Under the pieces are notes generated by a model that saw only the letters and a list, made by a program, of their open reading frames with translations, was not told the DNA's origin and made no database searches. Below are positions 17,020 to 26,846 of a stretch of 64,000 bases of DNA, piece by piece (positions within the stretch are counted from its first letter, which is position 1; each line of letters begins with the position of its first letter). The DNA is from Gammaproteobacteria bacterium (GTDB taxonomy: Bacteria; Pseudomonadota; Gammaproteobacteria; Steroidobacterales; Steroidobacteraceae): assembly GCA_028293805.1 (NCBI GenBank), contig JAQGOC010000273.1, positions 1,093 through 65,092 of the forward strand, given 5' to 3'. The position numbers and the translations under genes were made by a program.

Positions 17020-19259
17020 GCCTCTCTATCGGGTCTGTCTTTCCCGGCGCCCTCTTTGGTGGGCGCGGCTGCCTTCACAGGCGCTCCATGACGCTGCGCC
17101 TCCGCCAGTAACGACCCGCAGTCCGCGTCCTTGGCCAGACCGGGATCGATAAAGGCCAGCGCAGCGGCAAGCGGCGTGGCGAGTACGCCCAATGCCGTGG
17201 CAGCGGCGGCCTGCGCCGGCGTACTCCCGGGCTTGACACCCACCTTCGGCTTCGACAGGGTCCCTTCGAGTGCGACGAGGGCCTTGATGCGAAACAGACG
17301 CGGTTTCTTCGGCTGGCCGTTCAAGGTGATGTCGATGATCTCCTGGCCGAGATCGATCTCGCCCTTGCCCGTGATCAGCACGTTGTCGGTATCGATAACG
17401 TTTTCCTGTGCCGCGAACACGCCGCCCGCCGCCTTGAAGTCGTCTACCCCGCAGCGTATATTCGCCTTGTCCTGATTTTTACTGAGCAGGAGGCCGAGGC
17501 CGCGCGCGGCGTTGATCCCGGTGAGTTCCGCCAAGGCCTCGCGAATCTCTCCATGGGGCACGACGACGCTGACCGTGCCGTCCGCCGTTGCCCCGACCTC
17601 GTGAACCGATTTGCCGCGTCCGTGCAGGATCGCGCGACCTACCATGATGCCGTCCAGCGGCGCCTGGGCTGGCGGGGTGTCCTTGCCGTGAAGCTCAGAG
17701 AGCCGGACGGACGTAATATGCGTGTCGATCTTGACTGCGGGGACGTCCTTCGTGCCGTCCACCCTGATGTTGGACACGAGCTTGCCTTGCGGTAGCTGGA
17801 ATGCCAAGGGCTCGAATGTCATGACTCCGTGATCGAGCTTCAAGGACAGGGCGATCTCGCGGATCGACAGCTTCTGCGTTTTAACCGATTCCGCCCGATA
17901 TTTGACGTTGGCATCCATGCCGCGTATGCGCTGTAGATCGAGCTTGGCGTCGGGCAGGAGTGTCTCTCCCCTCGCCGCCCTGGTGTCGCCTGCCGTGGCA
18001 TCGGCTACTTTTTTTTCGGAGGCCGAGGAAGGTTTTGTCTTCCCGGAGCGAGCCACCGCCCGAGCGGCGGGAGTCTGCACGGCATTCGGCGCGGCCGCGC
18101 GAGCCTTGGCAGTGGAGTCTTCGGGTTTCTGTGCCCGGCTCTGTTGGTGGCTGAGGGATGCAGCGCCGCTCTTGCTGCGCGCACCCAATGTTGGCGCGAG
18201 ATCCCTGATATCGAGCAGCCTGGTGGCGAGATCGGCCGTGAGGAGCGGGCGCTCCGTCGCGGTCTCGATCGACATGGTGCCGTGAATGTCGCTCTTTCCG
18301 AGCGTGCCCTCGAAGCGGGTCAGTTTCAGGGACGTGCCGCTGCGCTGCAGGTGACCCGACACCGTGTAGGGGGCCGTGTTGGGCAATGCCAGGCCGGTGA
18401 GATAGTAAAGATCGGCGAGGTCATCGCCCGAGGAGGAGATGTCCGCGACCAGGGAACCCATGTCGAAGGGCTTCTGGATAGTCACGCGGACGTTCACCCG
18501 CGTGCCCCCGGCGCGGATGTCGGAAATGAGCGTGTAAGGCTTGTGGTGTTCCGCCGTAATGAGCGGATCGCCGGAAGCTGTCAGTTGGAACGATGCGCCG
18601 TTGATGTCGCCGTTGCCATTCAGGCCCAGCGACTGCGCGCCTCCCGCCTTGGCCTGGCTGGCGGTCACCGTCCCGGAGAAATGCAGCTTGCGGATGTCAT
18701 CCCTGACCATGAGATGCCCTGGGCCTAGGTGCAGACTACGCACGATCGGCAGCTTCGCAGGTTGCTTCGATTTCGCACCCTCGGACTGCGTGAATTGCCA
18801 GTTCATGCGCTTGGAGGCATCGCGCCAGAGGTTTACGTCGGTATCCTGGGTTTCGACATAAGGCAGTACCACGTCGCCCTTGAAGAGTGCGGGTATGGAC
18901 AGCGAGAGCTTGAGCTCGCCGATGCGCGCCATATCCGCCTGCTGTCGGGGGCTCGAAGGCCCCGCCTCCCGGGAGGCTGCGCTATCGGGACCTCCGGCCT
19001 GGGTCGCCCAGGTGGGATTCGCAATGCGCAGCTGACGTACGACCACGCTCGGCGTGAACGACAGGAGGTGTAACTCGAGCCGGCCATCGAGGTGCACCGC
19101 TCTTCCCAGCCGCGCCGAGGCCATTCTCGCGAGGGGCCCCCGCAGGGCGTTGGCGTTCGCGTCCAGCAAAGCTGCCGCTATCAGCACCAAAACGAGGAGG
19201 CCGCCGATGACGATACCGGTCCACTTGAGCGCAGTGATTGCGCGTCCGGAGGGCAACAT
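16986..19259 (-). CDS. AsmA-family outer-membrane biogenesis protein
   Basis: 757 aa. N-terminal TM anchor WTGIVIGGLLVLVLIAAALL, then the beta-rich repetitive body typical of AsmA. The 3' end overlaps the fpr stop by 34 nt. Confidence 0.7.
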   Translation of the reverse strand: MLPSGRAITALKWTGIVIGGLLVLVLIAAALLDANANALRGPLARMASARLGRAVHLDGRLELHLLSFTPSVVVRQLRIANPTWATQAGGPDSAASREAGPSSPRQQADMARIGELKLSLSIPALFKGDVVLPYVETQDTDVNLWRDASKRMNWQFTQSEGAKSKQPAKLPIVRSLHLGPGHLMVRDDIRKLHFSGTVTASQAKAGGAQSLGLNGNGDINGASFQLTASGDPLITAEHHKPYTLISDIRAGGTRVNVRVTIQKPFDMGSLVADISSSGDDLADLYYLTGLALPNTAPYTVSGHLQRSGTSLKLTRFEGTLGKSDIHGTMSIETATERPLLTADLATRLLDIRDLAPTLGARSKSGAASLSHQQSRAQKPEDSTAKARAAAPNAVQTPAARAVARSGKTKPSSASEKKVADATAGDTRAARGETLLPDAKLDLQRIRGMDANVKYRAESVKTQKLSIREIALSLKLDHGVMTFEPLAFQLPQGKLVSNIRVDGTKDVPAVKIDTHITSVRLSELHGKDTPPAQAPLDGIMVGRAILHGRGKSVHEVGATADGTVSVVVPHGEIREALAELTGINAARGLGLLLSKNQDKANIRCGVDDFKAAGGVFAAQENVIDTDNVLITGKGEIDLGQEIIDITLNGQPKKPRLFRIKALVALEGTLSKPKVGVKPGSTPAQAAAATALGVLATPLAAALAFIDPGLAKDADCGSLLAEAQRHGAPVKAAAPTKEGAGKDRPDREAQRSTKARSIT

Positions 19260-19291
19260 GCTTGCTAAACGCTCGAACCGGCTGCCGGTTC

Positions 19292-19975
19292 TCAGTGGCC
19301 GCCTTGCACCAGAAGACCTGCGTCCCGGAGCGCCTCCGCTAGCTCGGCTTCGATGCGAGCCGCCAGCGGCCGTGCGATGGACTGCAGGTGCATCGCCGGT
19401 CCCGTCAGGACCTCGATGCCGCGCTTCAGAACGCTGCCCGCGGCGCGGATACCCGCCTTGTGCTGATCGAAACGTTGCGCGGGAGAGTAGTGACTCATCC
19501 CCACGTAGACCCCGTGCGGGCCGTCGCGACGGTCCTGATAATCGAGCAGCACGAGATAGATGTTCGTGCGGCCCTTGCGCGTGGCCTGGAATCGCTCGGC
19601 AACCTCATACGCGGTCGGCAGCCAGTCGATGTACCTCATCGGCAGCCAGTCCGGAATCGACTTCGCCGCCCGCTCCCAGAGCCGCTCGAGCGCCGTTTCG
19701 ATGTGAGTGACGAACTCCCCTCTCATCCACAACTCGTGGACACAGTGCGCGCCCGTGGCGCCGTCGCCAGCATCCAGCGCCGCTTCCAGGCGCGCGAGGA
19801 GAGCGGATTTCCCCAGACCCCGCAATGGACGGGTACCCGGAGGAATCGCACTATCGACATAAGCGGAAAGTTCTGAGCTGGGGCGCACATCTGAAATAAT
19901 AGAGGGTCGGGACGGTGTCTTGTACCGTGACCGATCGGTTTGGAGACCGCCCGACGCGAGAACGTCGACCTTCAT
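19292..19975 (-). CDS. hypothetical protein with GIY-YIG-like C-terminal region (start codon uncertain)
   Basis: IYLVLLDYQDRRDGPHGVYVGMSHYSPAQRFDQHKAG follows the GIY...YIG...R...H pattern. The first ~50 codons have poor third-position GC, so the true start is probably internal. Confidence 0.5.
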   Translation of the reverse strand: MKVDVLASGGLQTDRSRYKTPSRPSIISDVRPSSELSAYVDSAIPPGTRPLRGLGKSALLARLEAALDAGDGATGAHCVHELWMRGEFVTHIETALERLWERAAKSIPDWLPMRYIDWLPTAYEVAERFQATRKGRTNIYLVLLDYQDRRDGPHGVYVGMSHYSPAQRFDQHKAGIRAAGSVLKRGIEVLTGPAMHLQSIARPLAARIEAELAEALRDAGLLVQGGH

Positions 19976-19998
19976 GGACTGTGGGATGATCTCGTTTT

Positions 19999-20934
19999 AT
20001 GCGTCTGCCCTCGACCAAGACCCTGCGTGCCTTCCAGCTGGCCGCCCGATCGGGCAGCTTCAAGACGGCCGCCAGCCAGCTGTTCCTGACCCCTTCCGCC
20101 GTGAGCCACCAGATCAGGGCGCTCGAGGAAGAGCTCGGAGTCGCCCTTTTCCACCGGGGGGCGCGCACGCTCACCCTTACCGACGCCGGCGACAGCTATC
20201 TACAGGAAATCGATTATCTGTTCGAACGGCTGGACAACGCCACGCGCGAGCTGCGGGCCCGTGCGGGGCGTAGCACCTTGCGGCTGCGGGTCGCCTCGTT
20301 CTTTGCCAGCGAGTTTCTCTTGCCCCGCCTGGCGGCCCTGCATGCGGCGCAGCCGGAGATCGACCTGGAGATCGACACCGACGGCACGGGCACCGATGTG
20401 CACCCACCGGATGCCGATGTCTCGATCGTGTTGGGCTCGGGGACCTGGAACGATCTTCAGGCGCATCGGCTGTTCTCGCAGACTTATGTGCCCGCCTGCT
20501 CGCCAGCCTTGTTCGCGCGCACGCCAATCAACACGATCGAGCAGCTCGACGGGCAGACCCTCCTCGTCTTCGAAGCGCGCAAAGACGGTTGGGAGCGTTG
20601 GGCAGAATCGGCGGGGCTGCACCTGCCGCGACCCCGCAAACGCATCGCCTTCAACAACATGTCGTCCCTCGTCCGGGCCACGGAGCGCTCGGCTGGCATC
20701 GGGCTCATTCCTGCTACCCTGAGCACCGAGCGGTTTCGAGCCAACTCGCTCGCGCGGCTGTTCGATCACGAGTGGGAAACCTCCGACAGCTACTTCCTCG
20801 TGCATAGGGCGGAAGTGGCCGCCCGGCCGGAGGTCGTCGCGTTTCGACAATGGATTCTCGAGGAGCTGAAAACGGCGCTCGACCGGCCGGCAAACGGCGG
20901 CATGATGCCGGTTCTGCAGGACAGCATCGAATAA
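19999..20934 (+). CDS. LysR-family transcriptional regulator (GcvA-like)
   Basis: HTH block LRAFQLAARSGSFKTAASQLFLTPSAVSHQIRALEEELGVALFHR plus a LysR substrate-binding domain of the expected length. Confidence 0.9.
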   Translation: MRLPSTKTLRAFQLAARSGSFKTAASQLFLTPSAVSHQIRALEEELGVALFHRGARTLTLTDAGDSYLQEIDYLFERLDNATRELRARAGRSTLRLRVASFFASEFLLPRLAALHAAQPEIDLEIDTDGTGTDVHPPDADVSIVLGSGTWNDLQAHRLFSQTYVPACSPALFARTPINTIEQLDGQTLLVFEARKDGWERWAESAGLHLPRPRKRIAFNNMSSLVRATERSAGIGLIPATLSTERFRANSLARLFDHEWETSDSYFLVHRAEVAARPEVVAFRQWILEELKTALDRPANGGMMPVLQDSIE

Positions 20935-20974
20935 CTACAGAGCGCGCCTGGGAGCGCATGATGCCGTGGGGTGG

Positions 20975-22255
20975 CTATCGGGAGGCCGGCGTTGCAGCGC
21001 ATACCTTGGCTGAGGCCAGCCAAACGATTCCGCTGACAGTGACGGCGAGCGGCACCACCAGCACGGCCTTGCCGAGGGAGAAGGCGTCCGACAAGCCCCC
21101 TATGAGCGAGGGTGACGTCACATCGCCCAGCAGATGGATCGTAAACATGCTGAGGGCGACGGCGGACGCACGCTCCGTTGGCGACACCAGGTTGATAATC
21201 GCCGAGTTGACGGGACCGGTGGACATGAATAGCAGCAGCTCCGCCACGACTATTGCGGGGTAGTACACGGAGGGTGCCGCAGCGGTCAGTGCAACGAACG
21301 CAAAAGGCACCGCTAGCAGCGTGATCCACCCGGACATCCACAAGTATGCCTGGCGGGAAGACTTCAGCCAGTAATCACCCAGCCAGCCGCCCGCAAACGT
21401 CCCCAGAAATCCGGTCACGACGACAATGGCTCCGAAGCCCGTCGTCGCCTGCGCGGCGGCAATTCCATGCACACGCTGCAGAAATGTCGGCATCCAGAAT
21501 GCGAGGCCGCCCATTGCGAACGTATAGGCCGCGTATCCGAGTACCACGAGCATGTAGGGCAATCGCCGCAGCAGACTCCAGTAGACCGCAAGAGCGTTGG
21601 CCACCGCGCCGGACCGCGCTGCGCCAGACTGAGCCGCACCCGAGGACTCGTCCAGCCCGGGTCCATCCTGCGAGCCGCGCGGTGGATCGGGCAGGCGCAA
21701 TACCCAAACGGCCAGCAACAAGCCGGGAGCCCCGGCGACGAAGAACGCCGCGCGCCAGCCGTAATGGTGGCTCACCAATCCGCCTACGATATAGCCCAGC
21801 GCGGCTCCGACCGGGATCGCCATGTTGAACACGGACAGCACCCGGCCACGCTGCGCCCGCGAAAAGCAGTCGGCCAGCAGCGCGGGCGCGATCGTGACAT
21901 AGGCCGCCTCGCCAATGCCGACGAGAGCTCGGGCACCCACCAGATGCGCGTAATTCGCGGCGAATCCCGACAGCACGGTGGCCAGACTCCACAGGAAAAC
22001 GCCTACGGCAATGGGTCGTGTACGTGAACCGCGGTCGCCCAGTACTCCGAAGACCGGCGCCGCGACCATGTACACCAGCATGAACGCCGTCATCAACGAA
22101 CCGATCTGTAGATCCGACAACCCCATCTCAGGACCCTTCAGATCCGGCACGATCGCGGATACAACGTAGCGGTCCAGATAGTTCAGCAGGTTGATGAGCG
22201 TGAGCACGCTCAAAGCGAGCACGGACGACCGCGCCATGGGAGTCTGTTGCCGCAC
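20975..22255 (-). CDS. MFS transporter (Spinster-like)
   Basis: Twelve hydrophobic segments. LTLINLLNYLDRYVVSAIVP and GVLGDRGSRTRPI are MFS signatures. GTG at 22255 or ATG at 22237. The gene starts 8-26 nt after the response-regulator stop. Confidence 0.85.
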   Translation of the reverse strand: MRQQTPMARSSVLALSVLTLINLLNYLDRYVVSAIVPDLKGPEMGLSDLQIGSLMTAFMLVYMVAAPVFGVLGDRGSRTRPIAVGVFLWSLATVLSGFAANYAHLVGARALVGIGEAAYVTIAPALLADCFSRAQRGRVLSVFNMAIPVGAALGYIVGGLVSHHYGWRAAFFVAGAPGLLLAVWVLRLPDPPRGSQDGPGLDESSGAAQSGAARSGAVANALAVYWSLLRRLPYMLVVLGYAAYTFAMGGLAFWMPTFLQRVHGIAAAQATTGFGAIVVVTGFLGTFAGGWLGDYWLKSSRQAYLWMSGWITLLAVPFAFVALTAAAPSVYYPAIVVAELLLFMSTGPVNSAIINLVSPTERASAVALSMFTIHLLGDVTSPSLIGGLSDAFSLGKAVLVVPLAVTVSGIVWLASAKVCAATPASR

Positions 22256-22263
22256 TTTGAAAG

Positions 22264-23082
22264 TCAGGCCGGAATACGATTGTCCGGCTCGCGTCCGAGC
22301 GGGTTGAGCTTCAGGCGCTCGAAATACTGCCTCACCGGGTCACGAAAGCCCTCGCTGCTGGTGACCGTGGCTCCCCCGGCCAGCACGAGGATGAAATCCC
22401 CTCGCGGCGTACGACTTATTTCCCGCACGTGACTCACATTGACCAGGCAGGACCGGCTGATCCGCAGCAGCGGCTGCGACCGCAGGGACTTCTCCGCCTG
22501 TTGCAAAGTGCTGCGTGCGTGGAAGCTCTCGCGGCCGACGGTCAGCTTGACGTAGTTGCGGTCCGCCTCGACGAGCTCCACCTCTGCCACGTCGAGCATA
22601 TGCATCCGGCTGCCGGACTCGGCGAGCAGACGCGGCCGGGATTCGGACAGCGCACGGGCGCTACGCTCGATTTGCGCCAACACCGAGGTCAGCACCGTCG
22701 AGCGGTCCGCACTGCTCTCAGCCTCGCGCCTGCGCCGCACACGCGCCAGCGTCTTGCGAAAACGATCGTCGTCGAAGGGCTTGAGGAGATAGTCGACGGC
22801 GCTCACTTCAAACGCCTCGAGAGCGTAATGGTGGTATGCGGTGACGAAAACGATGAGAGGCAGCGTCTCGGGGTCGAGCTCCCGGGCCAGCGCCACGCCA
22901 TTGAGGGAGTCGATCTGGATATCCAGGAACAGCAGGTGCGGCGGCCGCGCGCGAATCGCCTCGAGTGCTGACCGGCCCTCGCCATATTCCCCCACGATGC
23001 GCAGGTCCGGCTCGCGCGCACAGCACTCACGCAGAGTACGTCGCGCCGCCGGTTCATCGTCAACGATGATCACATCCATCAT
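22264..23082 (-). CDS. two-component response regulator, LytTR DNA-binding domain (LytR/AlgR family)
   Basis: Receiver MDVIIVDDEPAARRTL...LLFLDIQIDSLNGVALA...VFVTAY..ALEAFEVSAVDYLLKP. C-terminal LytTR block ...VELVEADRNYVKLTVGRESFHARSTLQQAEKSL....FLRISRSCLVNVSHVREI. Confidence 0.9.
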   Translation of the reverse strand: MMDVIIVDDEPAARRTLRECCAREPDLRIVGEYGEGRSALEAIRARPPHLLFLDIQIDSLNGVALARELDPETLPLIVFVTAYHHYALEAFEVSAVDYLLKPFDDDRFRKTLARVRRRREAESSADRSTVLTSVLAQIERSARALSESRPRLLAESGSRMHMLDVAEVELVEADRNYVKLTVGRESFHARSTLQQAEKSLRSQPLLRISRSCLVNVSHVREISRTPRGDFILVLAGGATVTSSEGFRDPVRQYFERLKLNPLGREPDNRIPA

Positions 23083-23114
23083 GGCCGACAGGCTCGTTGA
23101 ACGTCGTCAATCGG

Positions 23115-24335
23115 TTAATTGCGTTTCGGCATCGCCGGCCCATCACGCAGCAACGGGAGCCGGACTTCCGCGATCCACACGTTATCGTAGCCGGGCATTG
23201 CGCTGAAGGTCGCGCGGTCCCCGAATTGTATCGCCAATCGCTCCCGCACGTTCTTAAGTCCGATACCCGCCCGGCCCTCCGGTTTCCCCGGCGCGATGGT
23301 GTTCACCACCCGAAGCGACAGCATTTCGGCGGTGACCACGGCCTCGACTCGTACCGTCACGGCGCCCTCATGCCCCGCGAGCCCGTGCACGACCGCATTC
23401 TCGACCAGCGGCTGCAGAATCAGGCTCGGAACCCACACCGCCAGCAACGCATCCGGCTCGGACACGGTAACGGTCAATCGATCCGCAAAACGTTGCTGCT
23501 GTAAACCCAGGTACAGCCGGACGAATTGTAACTCATCCGCCAGGCGCGAGAAGTCGTGCTCTCCCGCGGTCAGTAACCTGCGCAGCAGGTCGCCCAGCTG
23601 CACGACCATGGACTGAGCCGCCGCGGGATCCCAGGTGATCTGGCCGCGGATCGTGTGAAGCAGGTTGAATAAAGTGTGCGGGGATAGCTGCATCCGCAGT
23701 GCCGCCAGGTGGGCCGCGCTCAGCGCCCGCTCCAGGGCAGCCGAGCGCAGTTGCGAGTCGCGCAGGCGCTGATAGAAAGCGAAACCCACGATCAGCGCGA
23801 GCCCGAATCCGTAAGTCAGCAGGAACGTCGTGATGCTGGCCAACCACATGGGCAGTTCATCGGGCGAGAAGACTTTCAGGAAGACGGAGCTGCCGTGGGG
23901 CCACAAGTGAGTCTTCATGTCCGCGTCGCCGGCGAGGTATTCACCCAACATCAGTGCGGGCGTCGCCAACGTCGAGAACACGATACCCAACAGCACCTGG
24001 ATGGGGACCTTGCGCCATAGCGGCTCCCAACCGACGCGCAGGGACACCCAGACACAACAAAGCAGCGCTGGATACAGGAATGCGTGCTGCAGAAGACGCG
24101 CGCCCCACGGCGCAAAGAAATGAATTTCCCCGGGCATCATCGCCAGGCTCGCCTGCATGCTGTTCGCGTACAGCACGTTCGAGAACGCAACATAGATCCA
24201 GAATGCGGTGAGAATGACGAGATGCTGCCGCACTCCCGGTGCGGGCACCGCTGACTGCAGCGCACTGGCTGAAGCGGCGCCGCGTTCCAGCGCCAGCTGC
24301 ATCACCCGCATTTCATCGGACGGCAAAGCACTCAT
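23115..24335 (-). CDS. sensor histidine kinase, LytS/AlgZ type (His_kinase + HATPase_c), polytopic N-terminus
   Basis: Several N-terminal TM helices, then LRMQLSPHTLFNLLHTIRGQI (phospho-His region of the LytS/YehU family) and ATPase motifs LILQPLVENAVVHG...GIGLKNVRERL. Confidence 0.85.
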   Translation of the reverse strand: MSALPSDEMRVMQLALERGAASASALQSAVPAPGVRQHLVILTAFWIYVAFSNVLYANSMQASLAMMPGEIHFFAPWGARLLQHAFLYPALLCCVWVSLRVGWEPLWRKVPIQVLLGIVFSTLATPALMLGEYLAGDADMKTHLWPHGSSVFLKVFSPDELPMWLASITTFLLTYGFGLALIVGFAFYQRLRDSQLRSAALERALSAAHLAALRMQLSPHTLFNLLHTIRGQITWDPAAAQSMVVQLGDLLRRLLTAGEHDFSRLADELQFVRLYLGLQQQRFADRLTVTVSEPDALLAVWVPSLILQPLVENAVVHGLAGHEGAVTVRVEAVVTAEMLSLRVVNTIAPGKPEGRAGIGLKNVRERLAIQFGDRATFSAMPGYDNVWIAEVRLPLLRDGPAMPKRN

Positions 24336-24389
24336 CCGGCGTCTCCCGCCTGGTTTCTATGCGCATATGCTACGCCAATCACGTTCCCG

Positions 24390-24477
24390 CGTTGCACTTG
24401 CGTTGCTTTTAGGGACGAACCCGTTGATCTACGGGACGAGTCCGTTGCGCGGCGCGGCAACTGTCCGGTGCCGTTGC
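24390..24477 (+). promoter_or_regulatory. cluster of CGTTG(C/A) motifs including a 21-bp-periodic direct repeat (candidate LytTR binding sites)
   Basis: CGTTG starts at 24390, 24401, 24422, 24443 and 24472, with one more at 24632, all on the same strand. GGGACGAACCCGTTGA (24412-24427) and GGGACGAGTCCGTTGC (24433-24448) form a near-identical direct repeat offset by 21 bp. Confidence 0.4.
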
Positions 24478-24688
24478 AACGGCTGGGCCGCCCTTGCTGC
24501 GCGACCTGTCGTTTTTCGGGAGAGACCAATGGCCTGGCGGGCGGCTGCCTTGGTACGAACACGTTGGATGGAGGGATCAGCACGAGGCTGAGCGGCTTCC
24601 CGGGCGTGCGGTTGGAGAGTCTCATACACGCCGTTGCATGACATGACGCCGTACGCCTTACCCAACCTGTCACGATAGGAGAGCTCCA

Positions 24689-25066
24689 ATGACTGCCCCC
24701 GCTCTTGAACTCACTTCGCACCGCTTCACTTCCCGCCCGCTTGCGCTGTTGGCGGGATGCCTGCTCGCAGGGGCATTGACACTTGCGCAAGCCGCCCCGC
24801 CTGCCGCCGCTGCTTCCTCCGAAGCCGCGCCCACGCAAGTAGTCAATTACAGCGATCTGGACCTCGCAACGCCCGAAGGCACCCTCGCCCTCTATCGGCG
24901 CATCGCCAGCGCCGCCCAAAAGGTATGCCCGCTCGAGAACTCGCGCGATCTGGCGCGGAGAGCTCACAGCAATGCGTGTCGGACCGAAGCGATGGCCCGG
25001 GCCGTTCGCGACATCAACAGCTCACGCCTTGCCGCACTGTATGCCCAGCGTTCGAATCGTGGATGA
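24689..25066 (+). CDS. UrcA-family secreted protein
   Basis: Signal peptide plus VVNYSDLDLATPEGTLALYRRIASAAQKVC...ACRTEAMARAV, the characteristic UrcA block. Confidence 0.7.
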   Translation: MTAPALELTSHRFTSRPLALLAGCLLAGALTLAQAAPPAAAASSEAAPTQVVNYSDLDLATPEGTLALYRRIASAAQKVCPLENSRDLARRAHSNACRTEAMARAVRDINSSRLAALYAQRSNRG

Positions 25067-25334
25067 GAAGGAACACCAGGCCTGGGCGCGCCCGGACGGT
25101 GGGCAGCCCAGGTCAAGCCACTAGCCGTGGCCGCACCTCTAGTCACTCTCCCTGATTCCCTCCCCTGCCCGAGCCGGTGCCCATTATTGCCGGCATCTTC
25201 GTGGTCACCCGCCCAAGCACCTGATGGCCTGTCTCTTCGGTGAATGCGCGGCTATTCGTACACAGGACCGTAGTGCGGATGTGGGACAATCGCCTTGGCG
25301 CCCGCCGGCGCTGGAGTGATTCGGGGCAGCCGAT

Positions 25335-26705
25335 TTGTCGATGCGTGAAGCGACCTCGAGACAGCCGCTCCAAGTGGCTGCCCTGCTGTTGATGGCGGCC
25401 GGTGCCGCTGCCGCGCAGAGCCCCGCGCCGGACAGCTACTGGCCCATGATCGTCGGTGCCCAATACACCTATGTGTTGCAGCACCAGGATGCCCTGCACG
25501 CCGCGTACTCCGGCCCACTGAGTCTGGGTCCCGGCGCCGATACGCAGGCCACTCACACCATGGGCCTCTATGCCGGGTGGGCGCCCGTCAGTTGGGCACA
25601 GCTTTACTTCGATACCGAGAAATTCATGGGCGCCGGCGTCAGCGGGACGACCGGCCTGGGTGGGCTAACCAACGGCGACGTCGTGCGCCAAGGCGCCAAC
25701 GGTCTCAAGAAGACGTTTTACATCGCACGCAGCTTCGTCCGCTTCATGTTGCCACTGGGTTCGGAGGTGGCCGCGGTCGAGCGTGCGCAGGATCAGCTAC
25801 CCGGGAAGGAGGACGCTAGGCGCCTCGAGCTCAAGGCGGGCCGGATGGCGGTGAACGATGATTTCGACAAGAACCGCTATGCCGGCTCCACGCGCACCGA
25901 GTTCATGAACTGGTCGCTGTGGGACAACACCGCATGGGACTATGCGGCCAACACACGCGGGTACACCGACGGAATCGTGATCGGCTACGTAACTCCGGAG
26001 TGGTCGCTGAAGTACGGCATATATCGGATGCCTGAGGCCGCCAACGGCCAGGCACTCGTGTCCTCGCTCCAGCAGGCGCGTGGTGAGAACCTCGAGTTGA
26101 CGGTTTCGCCATGGGCCAGTGGCACGGTCGTTCGGGTGCTTGCCTATCGCAACACCGCGGCAATGGGCAACTATCGCGAGGCATTAGCGATCGCGGCGGC
26201 GACTGCTATGCCGCCCTCCATCGTTGCGGACGACCGGGAAGGACGGCACAAGACGGGTTTCGGCATCAATGTCGAACAACCTCTCGCCGATGAGGGCGAA
26301 ACCGGCGTGTTCCTGCGGCTGGGCTGGAACGACGGCCGGAACGAGAGTTTCGCCTTCACCGAAGTCGACAACCAGGCCAGCGTCGGCGCGCAGGTGTCGG
26401 GCGTACATTGGCGGCGGCCGGATGACCGGCTCGGTTCGGCACTGGTCTCGGAGGGTCTCTCGGGTCCGCACCGCGACTATCTCGAAGCCGGCGGCGCGGG
26501 CTTCCTGTTGGGAGACGGGCGATTGCACTATGGCCGCGAAGAGATACTCGAGGTCTACTACCGTGCGCAGCTGCCGCAGTCCAGCGCACGCTTTCCCGTC
26601 AAAGTACAACTCAGCCCGGACTTCCAGTACATCCGCAATCCGGGCTACAACCAGGAGCGCGGACCGGCACGTTTCATAGGGGTACGGCTGCACCTGGAAT
26701 ATTGA
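25335..26705 (+). CDS. outer-membrane porin, OprB/carbohydrate-porin-like
   Basis: Signal peptide LLLMAAGAAAAQ, beta-strand-rich sequence, and the C-terminal FQYIRNPGYNQERGPARFIGVRLHLEY ending in an aromatic residue. TTG at 25335 or ATG at 25341. Confidence 0.6.
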   Translation: MSMREATSRQPLQVAALLLMAAGAAAAQSPAPDSYWPMIVGAQYTYVLQHQDALHAAYSGPLSLGPGADTQATHTMGLYAGWAPVSWAQLYFDTEKFMGAGVSGTTGLGGLTNGDVVRQGANGLKKTFYIARSFVRFMLPLGSEVAAVERAQDQLPGKEDARRLELKAGRMAVNDDFDKNRYAGSTRTEFMNWSLWDNTAWDYAANTRGYTDGIVIGYVTPEWSLKYGIYRMPEAANGQALVSSLQQARGENLELTVSPWASGTVVRVLAYRNTAAMGNYREALAIAAATAMPPSIVADDREGRHKTGFGINVEQPLADEGETGVFLRLGWNDGRNESFAFTEVDNQASVGAQVSGVHWRRPDDRLGSALVSEGLSGPHRDYLEAGGAGFLLGDGRLHYGREEILEVYYRAQLPQSSARFPVKVQLSPDFQYIRNPGYNQERGPARFIGVRLHLEY

Positions 26706-26846
26706 GGAACGCTGTCAGGACGGCCCGAAGCACCTGTTCGCGCGCCGGAACACACTCGCAGCTGACCCTCGTCGCATTTCCCCTACTGGCTGCTGACCGA
26801 CGGCTTCCGTAGACTTGCGCAGCTTCTTACAGGGGGAGACAGCGGG

